Source: Raillietiella orientalis (Eukaryota). From it: a DNA stretch of 64,000 nucleotides. The position numbers were made by a program, and so were the translations under genes. Location: contig JAYWIR010000021.1 of the NCBI GenBank assembly GCA_036172245.1, forward strand, positions 372,001 through 436,000, written 5' to 3'. The number at the start of each line of letters is the position of its first letter. Positions within the stretch are counted from its first letter, which is position 1. Below, in pieces: positions 50,200 to 62,049 of the stretch. Below the pieces are notes generated by a model, which saw only the letters and a program-made list of their open reading frames with translations, was not told where the DNA came from and did no database searches.

Positions 50200-52300
50200 T
50201 TCCCCTTTCGAAAGTGAGGATCCCCGACACGCTGTACTTTTTGCGGCTTGCTGGGAACGCTCACCTTGGACGAGGAAAAGTCCTCCCCCCCCCGTCATTC
50301 CCCATCCTTGATTCGTCTCGGAGGGAGGGACTCCGGCCAAACCTACCGAGGTGGAAACATAAGCCAGTCCGACTCGAGACAGCAGACGTGCACGGTCGCA
50401 AGTGGGATGACCACGGGGTGATCCATTCCAGAGGAGAGGACTTCTCCAGGAGCCCCGTGTCCACAAGCTTTGCTCGAACTCTCCTCGCTTCCCGCACTGC
50501 AACCCTCCTCCTCTGCTGCTGCGTGACAGTCATCTCTCTATCCAACCGTGGATCCGAAGAAGGGAAGGGACTCCGACAGCAACCCGAGCAAGCCGGAGCT
50601 ACTTACAAGTGGTGGGGCCGTCTCAGCAGAAACTCTCCTTCCATCTCGCACCACGGGGATGGCTACATAGCATCCCCCTCAGTCTGTCCACTGAGGGGGA
50701 TGCGGATCCCCGAAGAGGCGTGGATGGGAGATCCGTTGCATCGCAACCGCCAGACGAACAAGGGCCCAAGGTGTTCCCGCCTTTTTCCTTTCCCCTCCAC
50801 CTCCCCTCCCCCTGAGGTTTCCTCCTCCGGTGTTCCCGCCTTTCACGGTCGCCTCGTGGATCTCCAGAAAAAAAACAAGCGCTGCAGCGGATCTCATCGC
50901 AGTCAGCTGCGCTTTCTCCTTGAAGGTTCCTGCGGCATTCTCCTTCCCCATCTTCGTTTCGTGACAGAACGGGGCTCCCCGTTCTTCTCCTGGAACGCGG
51001 GAGGCTGGCTCGTGCCGCTCGCCCGTCCACCCCTGCGTCCAAGAACGGAGCGTGGCCAAGTCCACTTTCTGCGAGCAACTCTTCTGGCAGTGTGTCCTCG
51101 ACCGCCGTGGCTCACACCCTCGTTGTTCGCGGCTGCACAGATAAGCCATCCTCCGCTTGTCGTCGTGAGTAGCGACAGAGCAGGCAGGACGCGCTGCCCA
51201 CAAAACGCTACGAACGCATGAAGAAAAGACGGCGACACTCCAAGTGCAGCCCTATGCTCCCGTCGGTCCTCCTCCTTCTACTCCTGGAACACCAAGGAGT
51301 CTCTTTGGTTCTCGTGCACGCCTGCACAGCAGTCAGAGAGTGTCATCCTTGCGCGTCCTTGAGCAGCAGAGCGCCGGACAGCATGAAATGTTCTGATGGG
51401 TCGTTCGACGAGCTGCCTCTGGATCAATATAATGCCCTATCCCCACAATTGGGGTGATCGAAAAATTCGGGGTTCTGAAAGAACCCAAATCAAATTCGTC
51501 CTCTCCTTCTGAAGGTTCATCCGCGACCTCTTTGACCACCTGCCCATCTCCCCGGCCGCCATGGAAACACAGAGCCAAGAATCTCACAGCTCAGATTCCT
51601 TCATGCATGCTCCAGAAAGCAATTTCTTCCGGCGCCCGACTCCCAGACGCTGTTTTTTCTCGGATGCTGGAGGATCTCCTTGAAATTTCGCGGACTTGTG
51701 CATCGTCTGTCGGGGATCCTCGACGGTCGGGACCTCTTCAGGAGGGAAAGAGGTCGGGAAGGAGAAGACTGCCCCGGACCGAATGCACCTTCTCTGCTCG
51801 CATCTTCTCTGCCATTGGCGAAGCGGACCGACTATCCATGCGGAGCCGTCGCGCGTTGACCTCGCCCGCAAAGATGATTCTTCTGCTCTTTCGAAACGTC
51901 CCGCCGTTTCGAGGCAGCCTCGCGATGGGTGTCTGAGCTGCGAGCATTCGCAGACGTTCGTTGCGAAACTTGGCAGGGAAACGTGAAGAGAAGGTTGCAG
52001 CTCCCGAGAGCTGATTGGGGGGTTCTGTGGTTCCCCGCCTTCGCATCCAGTCGTGGACCCTCATCAAGCAGTGCTGAGGTTCCGAAAAGGCACAAGGCGG
52101 TAAGCAGCTCTCTAGAGCGAGCTGGCGGAACCCCGCGCGGCGATTCGAAAATTCGACGCTGCATTCCCATCTCGTGTGTCGGGGGCGGGGTGATCATTTT
52201 CCTGCGCCGAGAGCTGCTGTTCACGTTCCCCCCTCGGGAACCATCGGATCGAGCCAACTCCCAGGCTGCCGCGCAAAGCCACCCCCCTACTTGACTAGGC
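50200..52300 (+). pseudogene. Decayed LINE ORF2 (APE end and RT)
   Basis: LAGNAHLG (~GDFNAH), LLEISR (~LDISK), ILLLF, RAFADV (~FADD, ~51945). Confidence 0.35.
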
Positions 52301-52999
52301 ATGGCTGCTCGCAGGGTCGGTCCTCTCCGGCATCAGCTCCGTTACTTCCGCCTCGAGTTTGCCATTCTCCCTCTGCTAATCTTCCCTTCTGCAGATGAGA
52401 AGATTTACATTTTGCAACATCCCGCTTCCGGCATTCCTCTACTGTGGCCCACCCAGTTGCCGAGAAGGAGTTGCCGGAAGAAACCACCGTTGCTCCGCCG
52501 AGATCCACCCGCCCTCCCCTCTCTGAGATTCCTCAACGGCAGCGCGCCCACAGGTGGGTGCGGCCCTTCCTCGTACTGATGCCTCGAGACCTCGTCAAGT
52601 CGTATTCCCTTCGTCTTTTCCTCTCCACGCCCTCCGTGCGGAACCGCGAGTCCCGTCTCCCCCAGTCCGAGGACACACGCGTCTCTGCAATCCGAGACGC
52701 TTCGGTGAGCTTCGCGTCCCCTCGTTGTTCCTCCTTTCTCACCGTCGTTTCGTTCTGGGTCGGCTCGGATGTCGCAACCCCCGAGGGTGGAGTTCGCTCG
52801 AGAGAGTTGCGAATCGTTCTCCAGTCCGTGATCCAAAGGGGATGGACTGAAAAGGACGTCCACCACGCGGAGACGCACCTCCTATCCTCTTTGAATGCAA
52901 AAGAAAACAAAAAGAAACCTTCGATGCCCAGCGGGAGTCGGATTAGCAAAGAGCCCGTGAGATGGTTCCATAAGCTCCATATCTCCCGTTGCCAATGGA

Positions 53000-53700
53000 A
53001 ATAATGGAAATCCTTTGGGGCTCTTCCGTTTCCGCGGCTTCCTTCCGGTCTTTTTTTTTTTATTATTTTTTTGGTTCTCAAGGAATGCTGAAGAAGCGAC
53101 TGCCTCCTTAGGAGGGAGAGGAGGGGGACCAACATATAAATCCAGGAAGGCTCCGGTGGAAGAGAGTCCATGTCCCCTACGCTTGGTAGGGGGACACCGA
53201 AGGGAACTTCCTCCTTGGTTGTCTCCAGAGGACCCCCTGGAAGGGGTCTTTCCCCGTTTCTTCCCTGGAGGGATCCCCGGAAAAGGATCCTCTCCGCGTT
53301 CGCTCCTCCGAACCCCGAAGGGACTCTTCCCGATTTCCCCTAAGAACGCTCCCCCAAGGGAGCGGCACCTCTGACACTCTGGAGAGGCAACCCCCTAGTG
53401 GGGTATCAGCTAGCTCCCTTGTCACAGCCGGAGGGGTGGAGGAGCTCCGAAGGAGCTCCTGGATCCCTGCAAGAACACCGGAGGGTCGACTTCTAACCCC
53501 AGCCAATCAACGGGGCGGCATCCTGGGGTTTCCGGCTGCTTCCACCAACGCCGCACCACCCGAATAGGCTAAGCAGCGTCATCTTGCGGGGGGGGAGCGG
53601 GACTCGGAACCCACGACCCACTCCCCATTTCTCTGGTCTGGTCGATCCTTCCTTCTGCGGGGGGATTCGAACCCGCGACGCTTGGGGGTCGCAGCCACCG
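53000..53700 (+). repeat. Solo family 5' module, most complete copy
   Basis: atggaaatcctttgggg start, T tract, aatccaggaag, tgacactctggagaggcaacccc, gtttccggctgcttccacca, cagcgtcatcttgcgggg. Confidence 0.85.
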
Positions 53701-56329
53701 ACGTGGGCATTTTGAATCTGCTGCTGTCAACTGCATCTTTCGCTACTTGGGTTTCGTGGACGCTGCTGACCGTGAACCCTTGACTTCTTGAGCTGGTCAC
53801 TTTCTGGTTCACCTGCTTAGCTGCTTCGGCTGCACCGTCGAGCTCTCCACGCTCGTTTCACGCGTGCTTGCCTTGTGCTCTGAAGTCGCCTTCTTCTTGA
53901 ACGCGCTGCCCGTGCTTGCTTTTTTTTTTTTTTTTTTTTTTTTACTTCACGCTCCTCCCTCCCGCGGATGGTCTCCTCGGATAGGAAGACCCCCCACTGA
54001 TAACCTGGAATGCTTCTCGTTTCGGTCTTTTTTGTTCTGCGACCCAACGCCGCATTAGGGACCCAAAGCGAACCAGCGGTGCGCCTCCTCACAGCAAGCG
54101 CGGTGAACGTCCTTCCCGGTCCACCACCTTCGGATCACGGATCCGGTGGACGATTCGCCGATTTTCTCGACTGATCCTCACTAGAAGAAAGAAAAAAATG
54201 GAAGGGAATAGAATGCAGTAGAGGATGCAGAGTGACTCTGTGAGCCTCGTGAGGAGGAGCTGATTTTCGAAGAACCCCGGACGCAGGTCGCACCGATGGT
54301 ACTTGGCTTCTCGGAGGCGCCGTCCATCGGCGCAACGAGGAAGAACTTTGGTCCTCACGGGCGAAACGCCGCGGCGATTTCCGTTTCGGAAACTCCGTCT
54401 CGCGTGGCCCCCGACACGCAAAAGAGAAGGGAAAAACCTCGCGCATGCGCCTTTCGGAAGAAAGCTGGTAGCTTTCAGCTGCTGCATCAATCAACCGTTC
54501 CAGCAAATCAACTTTCTTGCACGGTTCTAAAATCGCTTCCATGTAGCGCTTAGACAGGAGATTAATGGGCTGCAGCATAAATGGAGGGAAAAAAGAACAG
54601 GAAGAAGAAGAGATGGGGAGGAGGGAGCTCCTTGTCGCGAAGCTCTGCAACATTCCTCCGAAGCAAAGTGTGAGTTTTTTTCTTTTGGGGGGGGGGGGGG
54701 AGGGGCTTCCGCTTGTTACCCTTGGAGAAGAGCGACGCCGGCAGCCAAGAGTCTCCAGGGCAACCAGGACGGGGGGGGGAACGCACTCTTCGTGCACTCT
54801 TCCTCCTCGATGGCGGATCGTTCGTTCCGTCCGACGGTCTCAAGTCCACGCTCTGCTGCGGCGAATTTCGCTGCGAGGCTGCTGCCGGCGGTTTCGCCAC
54901 CCAGTAAGCTCCACACCGGTCCTCCCCACCCGATCTCTGGAAAACTCACGCCATGGTCTCAGAAGAGGTGCGGGCCAGCGAGCACCAGATCCAGCCGGCA
55001 CCGGCAAGCCCTCATCTCTGCTCGGAGGCGGCCGAGCGTTCGCTGAGAGCCGCACCGAAGCGACGACGGGCAGGAAAGGACCGTCGCTCGGGCGGGCCCT
55101 CTCCGGTCCGCGCGCGGGGAGGACGCGGGAGAACGGGACTTTCCCGCTGCCAGATCGCAAAATGATGGGGAAAAGGGAAACGGATGGACCCCTTTCAGGG
55201 GAAAGGATGGGCGGGGAACTCTTGTCCACATCAAGAAGGCAAGCATTTCGTTTGTCGGGGTCCCTTCCGGATCCACGGCAAGGAAGCTGCATCCTCGTCC
55301 CAAGGGACCCAGAGGACGGCTGCCGTCAGAGACGCGGCCCCTCGCACGTTTGCCTTCGTGGCTGCGAATTCCCGCAGCTATGCCATGCTCACTGCCGGAG
55401 GGAAGGGAGGCACAGGTCGCCCGCGCTTTGCGCAACACCAACCGAAGCGCAGGGCGGGCAACCGGAAAGTTCGACCACGGTGGAAGACTCGACAGTCAGA
55501 AAGCGGCAGAGGAGCACGGAACAGGGGCAAAGACCTGATGGAATCTCTTCATGATGGAATCGGAGGTCACGAAGTGGCACGGGATTCCCCTCTTCTCCCC
55601 CTTCCCCTCGCCCCTTTCAGACCCTCATGCCGTCAAAAGGTTTTGGAAACAGCAAGGCCCGCCATGGACCGTTCAAAGACTGCGGGACTTGTCCGCTCGT
55701 CCGAGGCGCGGACCTTGAAATTAAAGACCCTCGGCCAATCACCAAGGTCTGCTCTCCTTGCTGAGCGCCTTGCAAATACCCCCGACGAAAGACGCAGCAC
55801 CATGTCGATCAAAGCCAAGGTCACACGAGCCTATGAACCCCTGCCTCGCCTCTTCGAATCATCCTGACCTTCCCACTATGATCTGCCCGCCAAATACCTT
55901 CTTTGCTCCCTGTTTGTTCCTCGCCCTCCCAGGCGAAGAGTGTCATCCGAAAACCTGTGAAGTGAGTGCCGGAAGGTAGGAAGAGAGGGAGGTGACTATG
56001 CCCTTTGAACTTCCGACGGAAAGGCATAGTCGCTTCACGGACCCTCAATTCTCTCTTTGGGGTCCAGCGGAGCCGCTGAGATTCCGAAGGCCAGTCTTGA
56101 GTCGCGCAGCGGTGGGAGGGACGCGGGCGCCTTCCGGCGTGCAATGAAACCCTCGGGCGTGCGGCCTGCCGCGCAGGCTTCGCGGGATGCAATCTATCGG
56201 CTGACCAATGCAACAGACGGGGCAGCATCACTGAAGCTCCTGCTGGCTGCTTCCGACTGCTGAGCGCGGCTGATGGGGCCTCGGACCTTGGAGAAAGGTC
56301 ATGAGTTCCACCAGAAAGAATTCCGGTCT

Positions 56330-57050
56330 CCTCCGAAGTTCTCCTCTCGCGTGGCCGACGCGCACTCGCCACGCCCACAGCTGCAGCACCTTCCTCTCCC
56401 CATGCTTTACGTAGGAAGAAGTTCGGGGAGCTTTCCCTGGAGAGGCTCTTGCGCCGTGGTACTTTCCGGCGTCTTCGTGCAGCGGCATTCGGGTGGGTGC
56501 AGTCCGAGGTCTCTTGGCCCGTTTACTTGAGCCCACGGTGGGAGCGCGGGGGTCCGCGGAACGGTGAGCTGAGCAGACGTGCCGGGAGCCACGTTCGGGT
56601 GGCCTCGTGTCATTCCAGCATGCGACGATGCTCTCCCCGCGCCACCGCGTCCCCGTCGTGAGCTGGGCGAGGTGCAGCACGAACGGCGGCAGCGCCCTTC
56701 TTCCGGGTCGAGAGACTCCGGCGGGGTCCTCCCCCCAGGGCTCCAACAGAGACTTCTCGTGGTGCGCCGTTGTCCTCTTCTCCGATGGCTTCCCGCCACG
56801 GCCTCCGGGACGCGCGGAAGGCGAAGGAGCCGCGCCTCCACGGTGCGCCGAGCCAGCCAACGGCATCACCTGACGGCGGAGCGCGCCGACAGCTGCTGGC
56901 ATCGCGAACTCTCAGGATTGGGGGGGGCAGGACCGGGCTCACGACGTTTCGTTGGCCCTCCCTTCCCGCTTCACCGATCCCGCGCGCACCCATTGTGTTG
57001 TTCCACTTAGTTCATCGTCCCTCCCTATCGGCGCTTCCCGAGTTGGACCG
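56330..57050 (-). pseudogene. Linker/RT N-terminal relic of a LINE
   Basis: VACWNDTRPP and PRDLGLHPPEC.CTK...LQGKLPELL resemble RT domains 0-2. Confidence 0.35.
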
Positions 57051-57899
57051 TGCGTGGGTTTTTCCCTGCTCCCGTGAATTCCTCGTGACTTTCTCGTCCC
57101 CGTGACTTCCTCCTCTTCCTTCATTCCTTCCTTCCTCGTCGCATGTCTTTCCGTAAGCGCTTCTAGTCGGACTGGACATCTGAAGATGGCTGCAAGCTCC
57201 CAGCCATCTTCAGATCCCGGATTTGAAGCTTTCCGCAAATAGCTGCTATAGTCTGGTCCGTAGAAGGCTGCCCGATGCCATCCACCGTGTCATGGATCAT
57301 CATTTCCCCCCCGCCGGGACCTCTCGACCCAGGCAGGGGCAGCAGCTCTGGGAATCCCGAGACGCTTCGCTTCCTGAGAATCGACGCTCCAAGAAGGAAG
57401 AGGCCGTCCAAGTAACCTGCTGGGCTCGGCCCGTGCGCGTCCGGACACCTACGATCGATAAAGACGTAAAGCAGTGGTGCAGTTTCCAAGCAGGTGGAAG
57501 CTGCCAGGTCCGAAAGATGAATTCTTTCGGATGTTATCGCAAGCGACGGAGCTGTCTCACGCAAACATTTCGGCCGTCACTCCAATCGGGCAGCGTTTCA
57601 GCTTTCCGGGATGAAGAGCTGAGTGGCGGAATTTTCTGAATTTTGGCGAGCGACGGCATCAGAGATGATGAGGGAGTTCCGGGAAGGCGCGCGCCACGGG
57701 AATCAAAGGCATGCCAAGGATTCCCGATCAGGATTCTGTGATGGTGTTTTTTTTTCTTTTTTCTTTTACTGAGCTGCGTCACTTGGACATCGAGTTTCTT
57801 CTTCTTCTTCTTCTTCTTGCTCGTCCGAAACCGAATTCCTTTCCTGAATAGGAAGACCATAAAGCCACATTTTCTTGGCTTCTTTTTGCCACCTGCCCA

Positions 57900-58300
57900 T
57901 GAAGTCAGACGAAATACCAAGGTCAAAGGACGTGTTCACGAATCATGTGCTGCAATGATTAATAACGGGTTCCACTTTGACTGGAGGTCGGTGTCTCTCG
58001 TTAACCTAAATCTTCGTCTACGGAGCACCGGGGTTTCCTACCGAATCGTCTCCCGAGTGAGAAGAAGAAAAACTTCCGCATTCCCTCACCCAAAGATGCT
58101 TTTCCCCGGAGGAAGTCTTGAGCGAATTTCCCACACGGTTTTGCAGCAGTTCAAAATCCGTCGGGTCACACTTGCTCGACAAAGGAAGCGTCCGCTTTCA
58201 TCTCGGGTCTGATTGAGATCACCGCTGCGAATTTCCTTCGAGGAGCTACTACCGGACACGCGCTGGCGCCACGTCTCCGCAACGTCCGAATGGCGTCGCT
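57900..58300 (+). pseudogene. L1-like RT N-terminal fragment
   Basis: DWRSVSLVNLNLR...LFPGGSL in ORF 57817..58212. Confidence 0.45.
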
Positions 58301-58469
58301 GCCGTCCGCAACGGAAGGCAGCGACGCCCTCCGCCCGGCGAGACCGACGGAAGCGAGGCGAGCGGGACCGCTTGGCATCGCCAGCGCCGAAGAAGCTGAC
58401 GTCGGAGAAACGGCACCATCGTCCGAAGCACAAAGGATGCACCACCACCACCAGCCGCGAATGATGCTG

Positions 58470-59415
58470 TGGCAGCAGCCGGGACTCGCGTCGAGGACTA
58501 CTTGCCGTTGGGTCGGTTCCAGCAGATTCGCCCCCGAGACCTGGACGTTTCGAAACGCTCATCGACCTGGTGCGGAGTGGACTCCCAGGAGGACCCCACT
58601 TCTCAGCCAGGTGCAGCGGAACACCAAGGGCTGAGCGTTTCTGGCGCAACGTGTCCCGCTGCGGACTTGGAGCTTCGGCGAGTGGCCAGGATGACCAGGA
58701 CCAACAACTGGATCTTTTGCCGGCCCGTCAACGGTAGTGCCTGGTTGCAGGAAACCGTTCGCACGTGGGTCGAGAGCAACGAAGCGAGCCCGGAGATGCG
58801 GCAGCGACTGCTGCACTCCCTCTACAACAACCTCTCTCTGCAGGACATCATCGTGCAGCCCACCACGTGTGCGTGGAACGGCGCAAGGAATCTCCCCAGC
58901 CGCGGCACTGCCCTCCCTTAAGGAGCACCTGGACAGTAACCAGCCGGACAAGTGGGAGGTCCGAAGTGAGTGAGATAGGTGAAAGAGCGAAGGAATTAGG
59001 TGGTTGGACCGCGGGCCAGCTCACGGGCGCTGCGAGTGCACGTGCCCCACCGAAAGGGCAATTGCGTTGGCATGTGCTGCTGGAAATCCTACAGGAAGAC
59101 CTCGAGTGGCCGCCAGCGCTGAAGAACAATCGCGTCCTCTCCCTGAAGCGGCAGGAGTCGGCACTTCTGCTGCTGCACTGGGGTATCCCGTGCACCTCCC
59201 GCCGGTCTCCCTGAACCCGGGACGCCGCGGACCCAAACTGCAGCAGGTGAGAGGAGCGTGAATCCTTCCCGCAGGTGCTTGCAGACTGTGTTGCCCTCCG
59301 GCCCCCGTAGACTGTGGTTGCGCTACGCAACGGCCCTTGGCGCACCGGCGGACAATCCCAGGGACGTGATGGAGCGCCTCCAGTGCGCGATGCCCTTTCG
59401 CCTGCTGCTCCCCAG
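58470..59415 (+). mobile_element. Host LINE, upstream half (post-RT and zinc region)
   Basis: 58737-59415 is nearly the exact reverse complement of ~24730-25410; identical 149-, 85- and 71-aa ORFs appear at both loci in the track. Confidence 0.9.
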
Positions 59416-61623
59416 TGCAACGCGAAGAAGGAAAGACGGGATGTCGGCAACCCTAATTTGGGGGTGCCAGCGCGGCAAGTAAGGTTCGACCGGGGAGGGA
59501 AGGGGGCTCTAGCGATCGCAGTCGATCTGCACAAAGCGTTCGATTGCGTGGACCAGGAACTCCTGGATCGCATGGGCTTCCCGGACGCCTTAACGGCCTA
59601 CCTGCGCGCCTGCTGGCGCAATGCGGTCACCGTTTTTTTCAGAGGGCAGAACGTGTTCGGCGTGCCGGTAAGGCGCGGCATCCGGCAGGGTGACAACCTG
59701 ATTCCCCTGATCTTTAGGACCTATTTCGAACTGGTGCTGAGAGCATACAGGGTGACATTGGCTGCCCTGCCAAGCTCGTGCCCCGGTACGCCGGCCGTGT
59801 CGGCGTATGCTGACGATCTTCTGCTCCTGCTGCCCATGTCCGCGCCGGCTTCGGCAGTCGAGGATTTCTTCGACTTGCTGAGCCGTGGGACAGGACTACA
59901 GGTGAACAGGACGAAGTCGTCGCTGGTTGCGGTTGGTGCAACGTGGGCAGGACGACCTGATTGGATCCGCCTGGGGATCCCCACGGAGAGGTACTTGAAA
60001 TACCTCGGCGTTCCGTTGAGGGCTTCTGCCAGTCAGAAGCCTGGTCAGGTCGTCTCCAGAAAGTGGAGTCGGCGATCGGCCCGTTCCTGGAAGGCAAGTT
60101 TCACTTGCCGGAACGTGCCGCGGTGTGGAACGCGTCCGCGGCCCCTCTCCTTCGCCCCCTGCTTTTTGTTTGCTCCGTACCCCGTAAGATGAAAAAGAGA
60201 ACGAAGGACCTTCTGCGCATCGCACTTTGGGGCAAAGGGAGGCCCCGAGTGCCTCTGATGGACTTGTGCGCTCCGCGTCGGGACGGCGGTCTCAGCCTCC
60301 TGACGCTGGAGCGCGTGGAAATACAGCTGCAGTGGCGTACCCTAGCCATCGCGGAGAAGATGTAGAGCACCCTTTGGTGCGTTCCGGCCCGCCTCCTCGC
60401 CAGACGTGTGTCCGGGACTGAAGGACTCGCGTCTTTTCTTCTGTGCTCCGGCCGGAAAATAAGAAGATGCGGCCTTCTCCTGGGACTCATGGCCACCCTG
60501 GCAAAGGAGAACGGGTGGATGGCCTGCAGCCCCGCCAACTCCAGCGCATGGCTGGAAGAAACAGTTGGCACGTGGGCGAAGTTAAACCAACCTAGTGGAG
60601 ATTCCTGCAACCAGCTGCGTCCCGGCATCTACACCCGCTGCACGCTGCGGAACATGATCGTGTGTCCCGCCTGAAGCACGTGGGAGGAGACGACCCCACT
60701 GGCCACGGCGCTGCCCTTCCTGAGAAGGGCGCTTCATAAGAGCCGGAAGCCGAGGTGGCAAGTCTCTTGCAGGATAGCGGGCAAGGAGAAGGATCTAAGC
60801 GGGTGGACAATGAGGGAACTGGCAGACGCCGCAACCCCAAGCGTTCACCCGCATGGAATACGGAGATGAAGAGAGCTGCTTGGCATCCCGTTGGATGACC
60901 TAAAGTGGCCCCCGTTATTTAGAGACGCATCCACCCTCCCTCTCAAGTGGCAGGAAACGGCGCTGCTGCTGTTGCACTGGGGTCTTCCCTGCAACGCGCG
61001 CCGCCCCCACTGGACGTTGGGGAACGTGGGACAGAACTGTGCAGTGTGCGGGGAGAAAGAATCTCTCCCCCACCTGTTAGTGGACTGCTCTGCCCTCCGG
61101 CCCTTGTGGGAACGTTTCGCTACGACCCTCCGGATGCGGGTCGGCAGTACCCCCAGAGACGTTGTGAGACTTCTCTTCGTGCGAGACGCCCTGCCACCAG
61201 CCTCAACCCTGGCAGCGCTCTGCTGCCTCCGAGGGATTGTGGCTGCGTGGAGAGCAGCCAACAGAGGAAGCAGCGATAGGGACGCCATCGTACACGCGGG
61301 TCGCTACCTGAGAATCGCGATCGGCTGGTCCCATCTGGGAGCTATGACGAGGGACCTCGAGGGCATCCTGGAAAGGATGGTCTCTTCCTCCAGCGGGCTG
61401 TAAACCCTTCCCGGCCCTCCAAATAGTTTCTTTTTTTTTTGTTTGTTTGTTTCATTTATTTTTCTTTTTGTTTTACCCCCTATCCATTCCGCTGCCGAGG
61501 AGAGTCAAGTCGGCCTGTGAACCGGCTTCCTGGCAGGTCCCATGAACTATTGGCCGTAGCGGAGCCTAGTACCGCAAATGTAAAGTGTTTATTAATAAAC
61601 GCCCAAGAGTGACCGGGTGAGAA
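59416..61623 (+). mobile_element. 5'-truncated L1/Tx1-like LINE: RT core, thumb, zinc domain, 3' UTR; flanked by TSD ctccccag
   Basis: DLHKAFD (59524), GIRQGD, YADD (59806), KYLGV, RDGGL, CAVC...HLLVDC; frameshift near 60040, stops at 60363 and 60672; AATAAA near 61594; TSD at 59408-59415 and 61624-61631. Confidence 0.95.
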
Positions 61624-62048
61624 CTCCCCAGCAGCTCTTTGCTGCCTACGAGGAATTGTGCCTGCCTGAAGCTACGCGAGAGGAGGACGGCACGATAGGC
61701 GCGTCATCTGCTTCGCCCTGAGCTTCATGAGGACGGCAGCAAGATGACCCGCCTGGGGCATACTCGGCTAATACTTGCCGGCATCCTGGAATGGACGCAG
61801 AGGACGCCCTCCAGCATTCTGTGATCCCTTCCCTAACCCTGCCAATTTTTTAGTATATATATTTTTTGTTTTTGTTTTTTTTTATTTCTGTCTGCTCCCT
61901 TCCCCTCCGCTGCCGAGACGAACCTCGCTGGCCTGCGTGCCGGTTACTCGGCAGATTCCGAGCATTTTCGGACAATGTAGGGCCAATGGCCCCACACACG
62001 TATGTGTATTTTGTATAATAAACGTCCCGGCGGGACCGGGTGATAAAA
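61624..62048 (+). mobile_element. Host LINE, downstream half with 3' UTR
   Basis: Reverse complement of ~24303-24737; ends aataaacgtcccggcgggaccgggtgataaaa. Confidence 0.92.
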
Positions 62049-62049
62049 C

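Noticed and set aside
50031..51221. Long ORFs (396 aa here, also 49372..50502-, 54565..55554+, 32502..33527+) as host genes
   Set aside because: Arg/Pro/Ser/Gly-rich translations typical of GC-rich non-coding or antisense TE sequence; no coherent domain.
61915..61960. HDV-like ribozyme suggested by cctcgctggc in the 3' UTR
   Set aside because: No P3 partner before the loop and no nested double pseudoknot could be built; the motif varies among copies.
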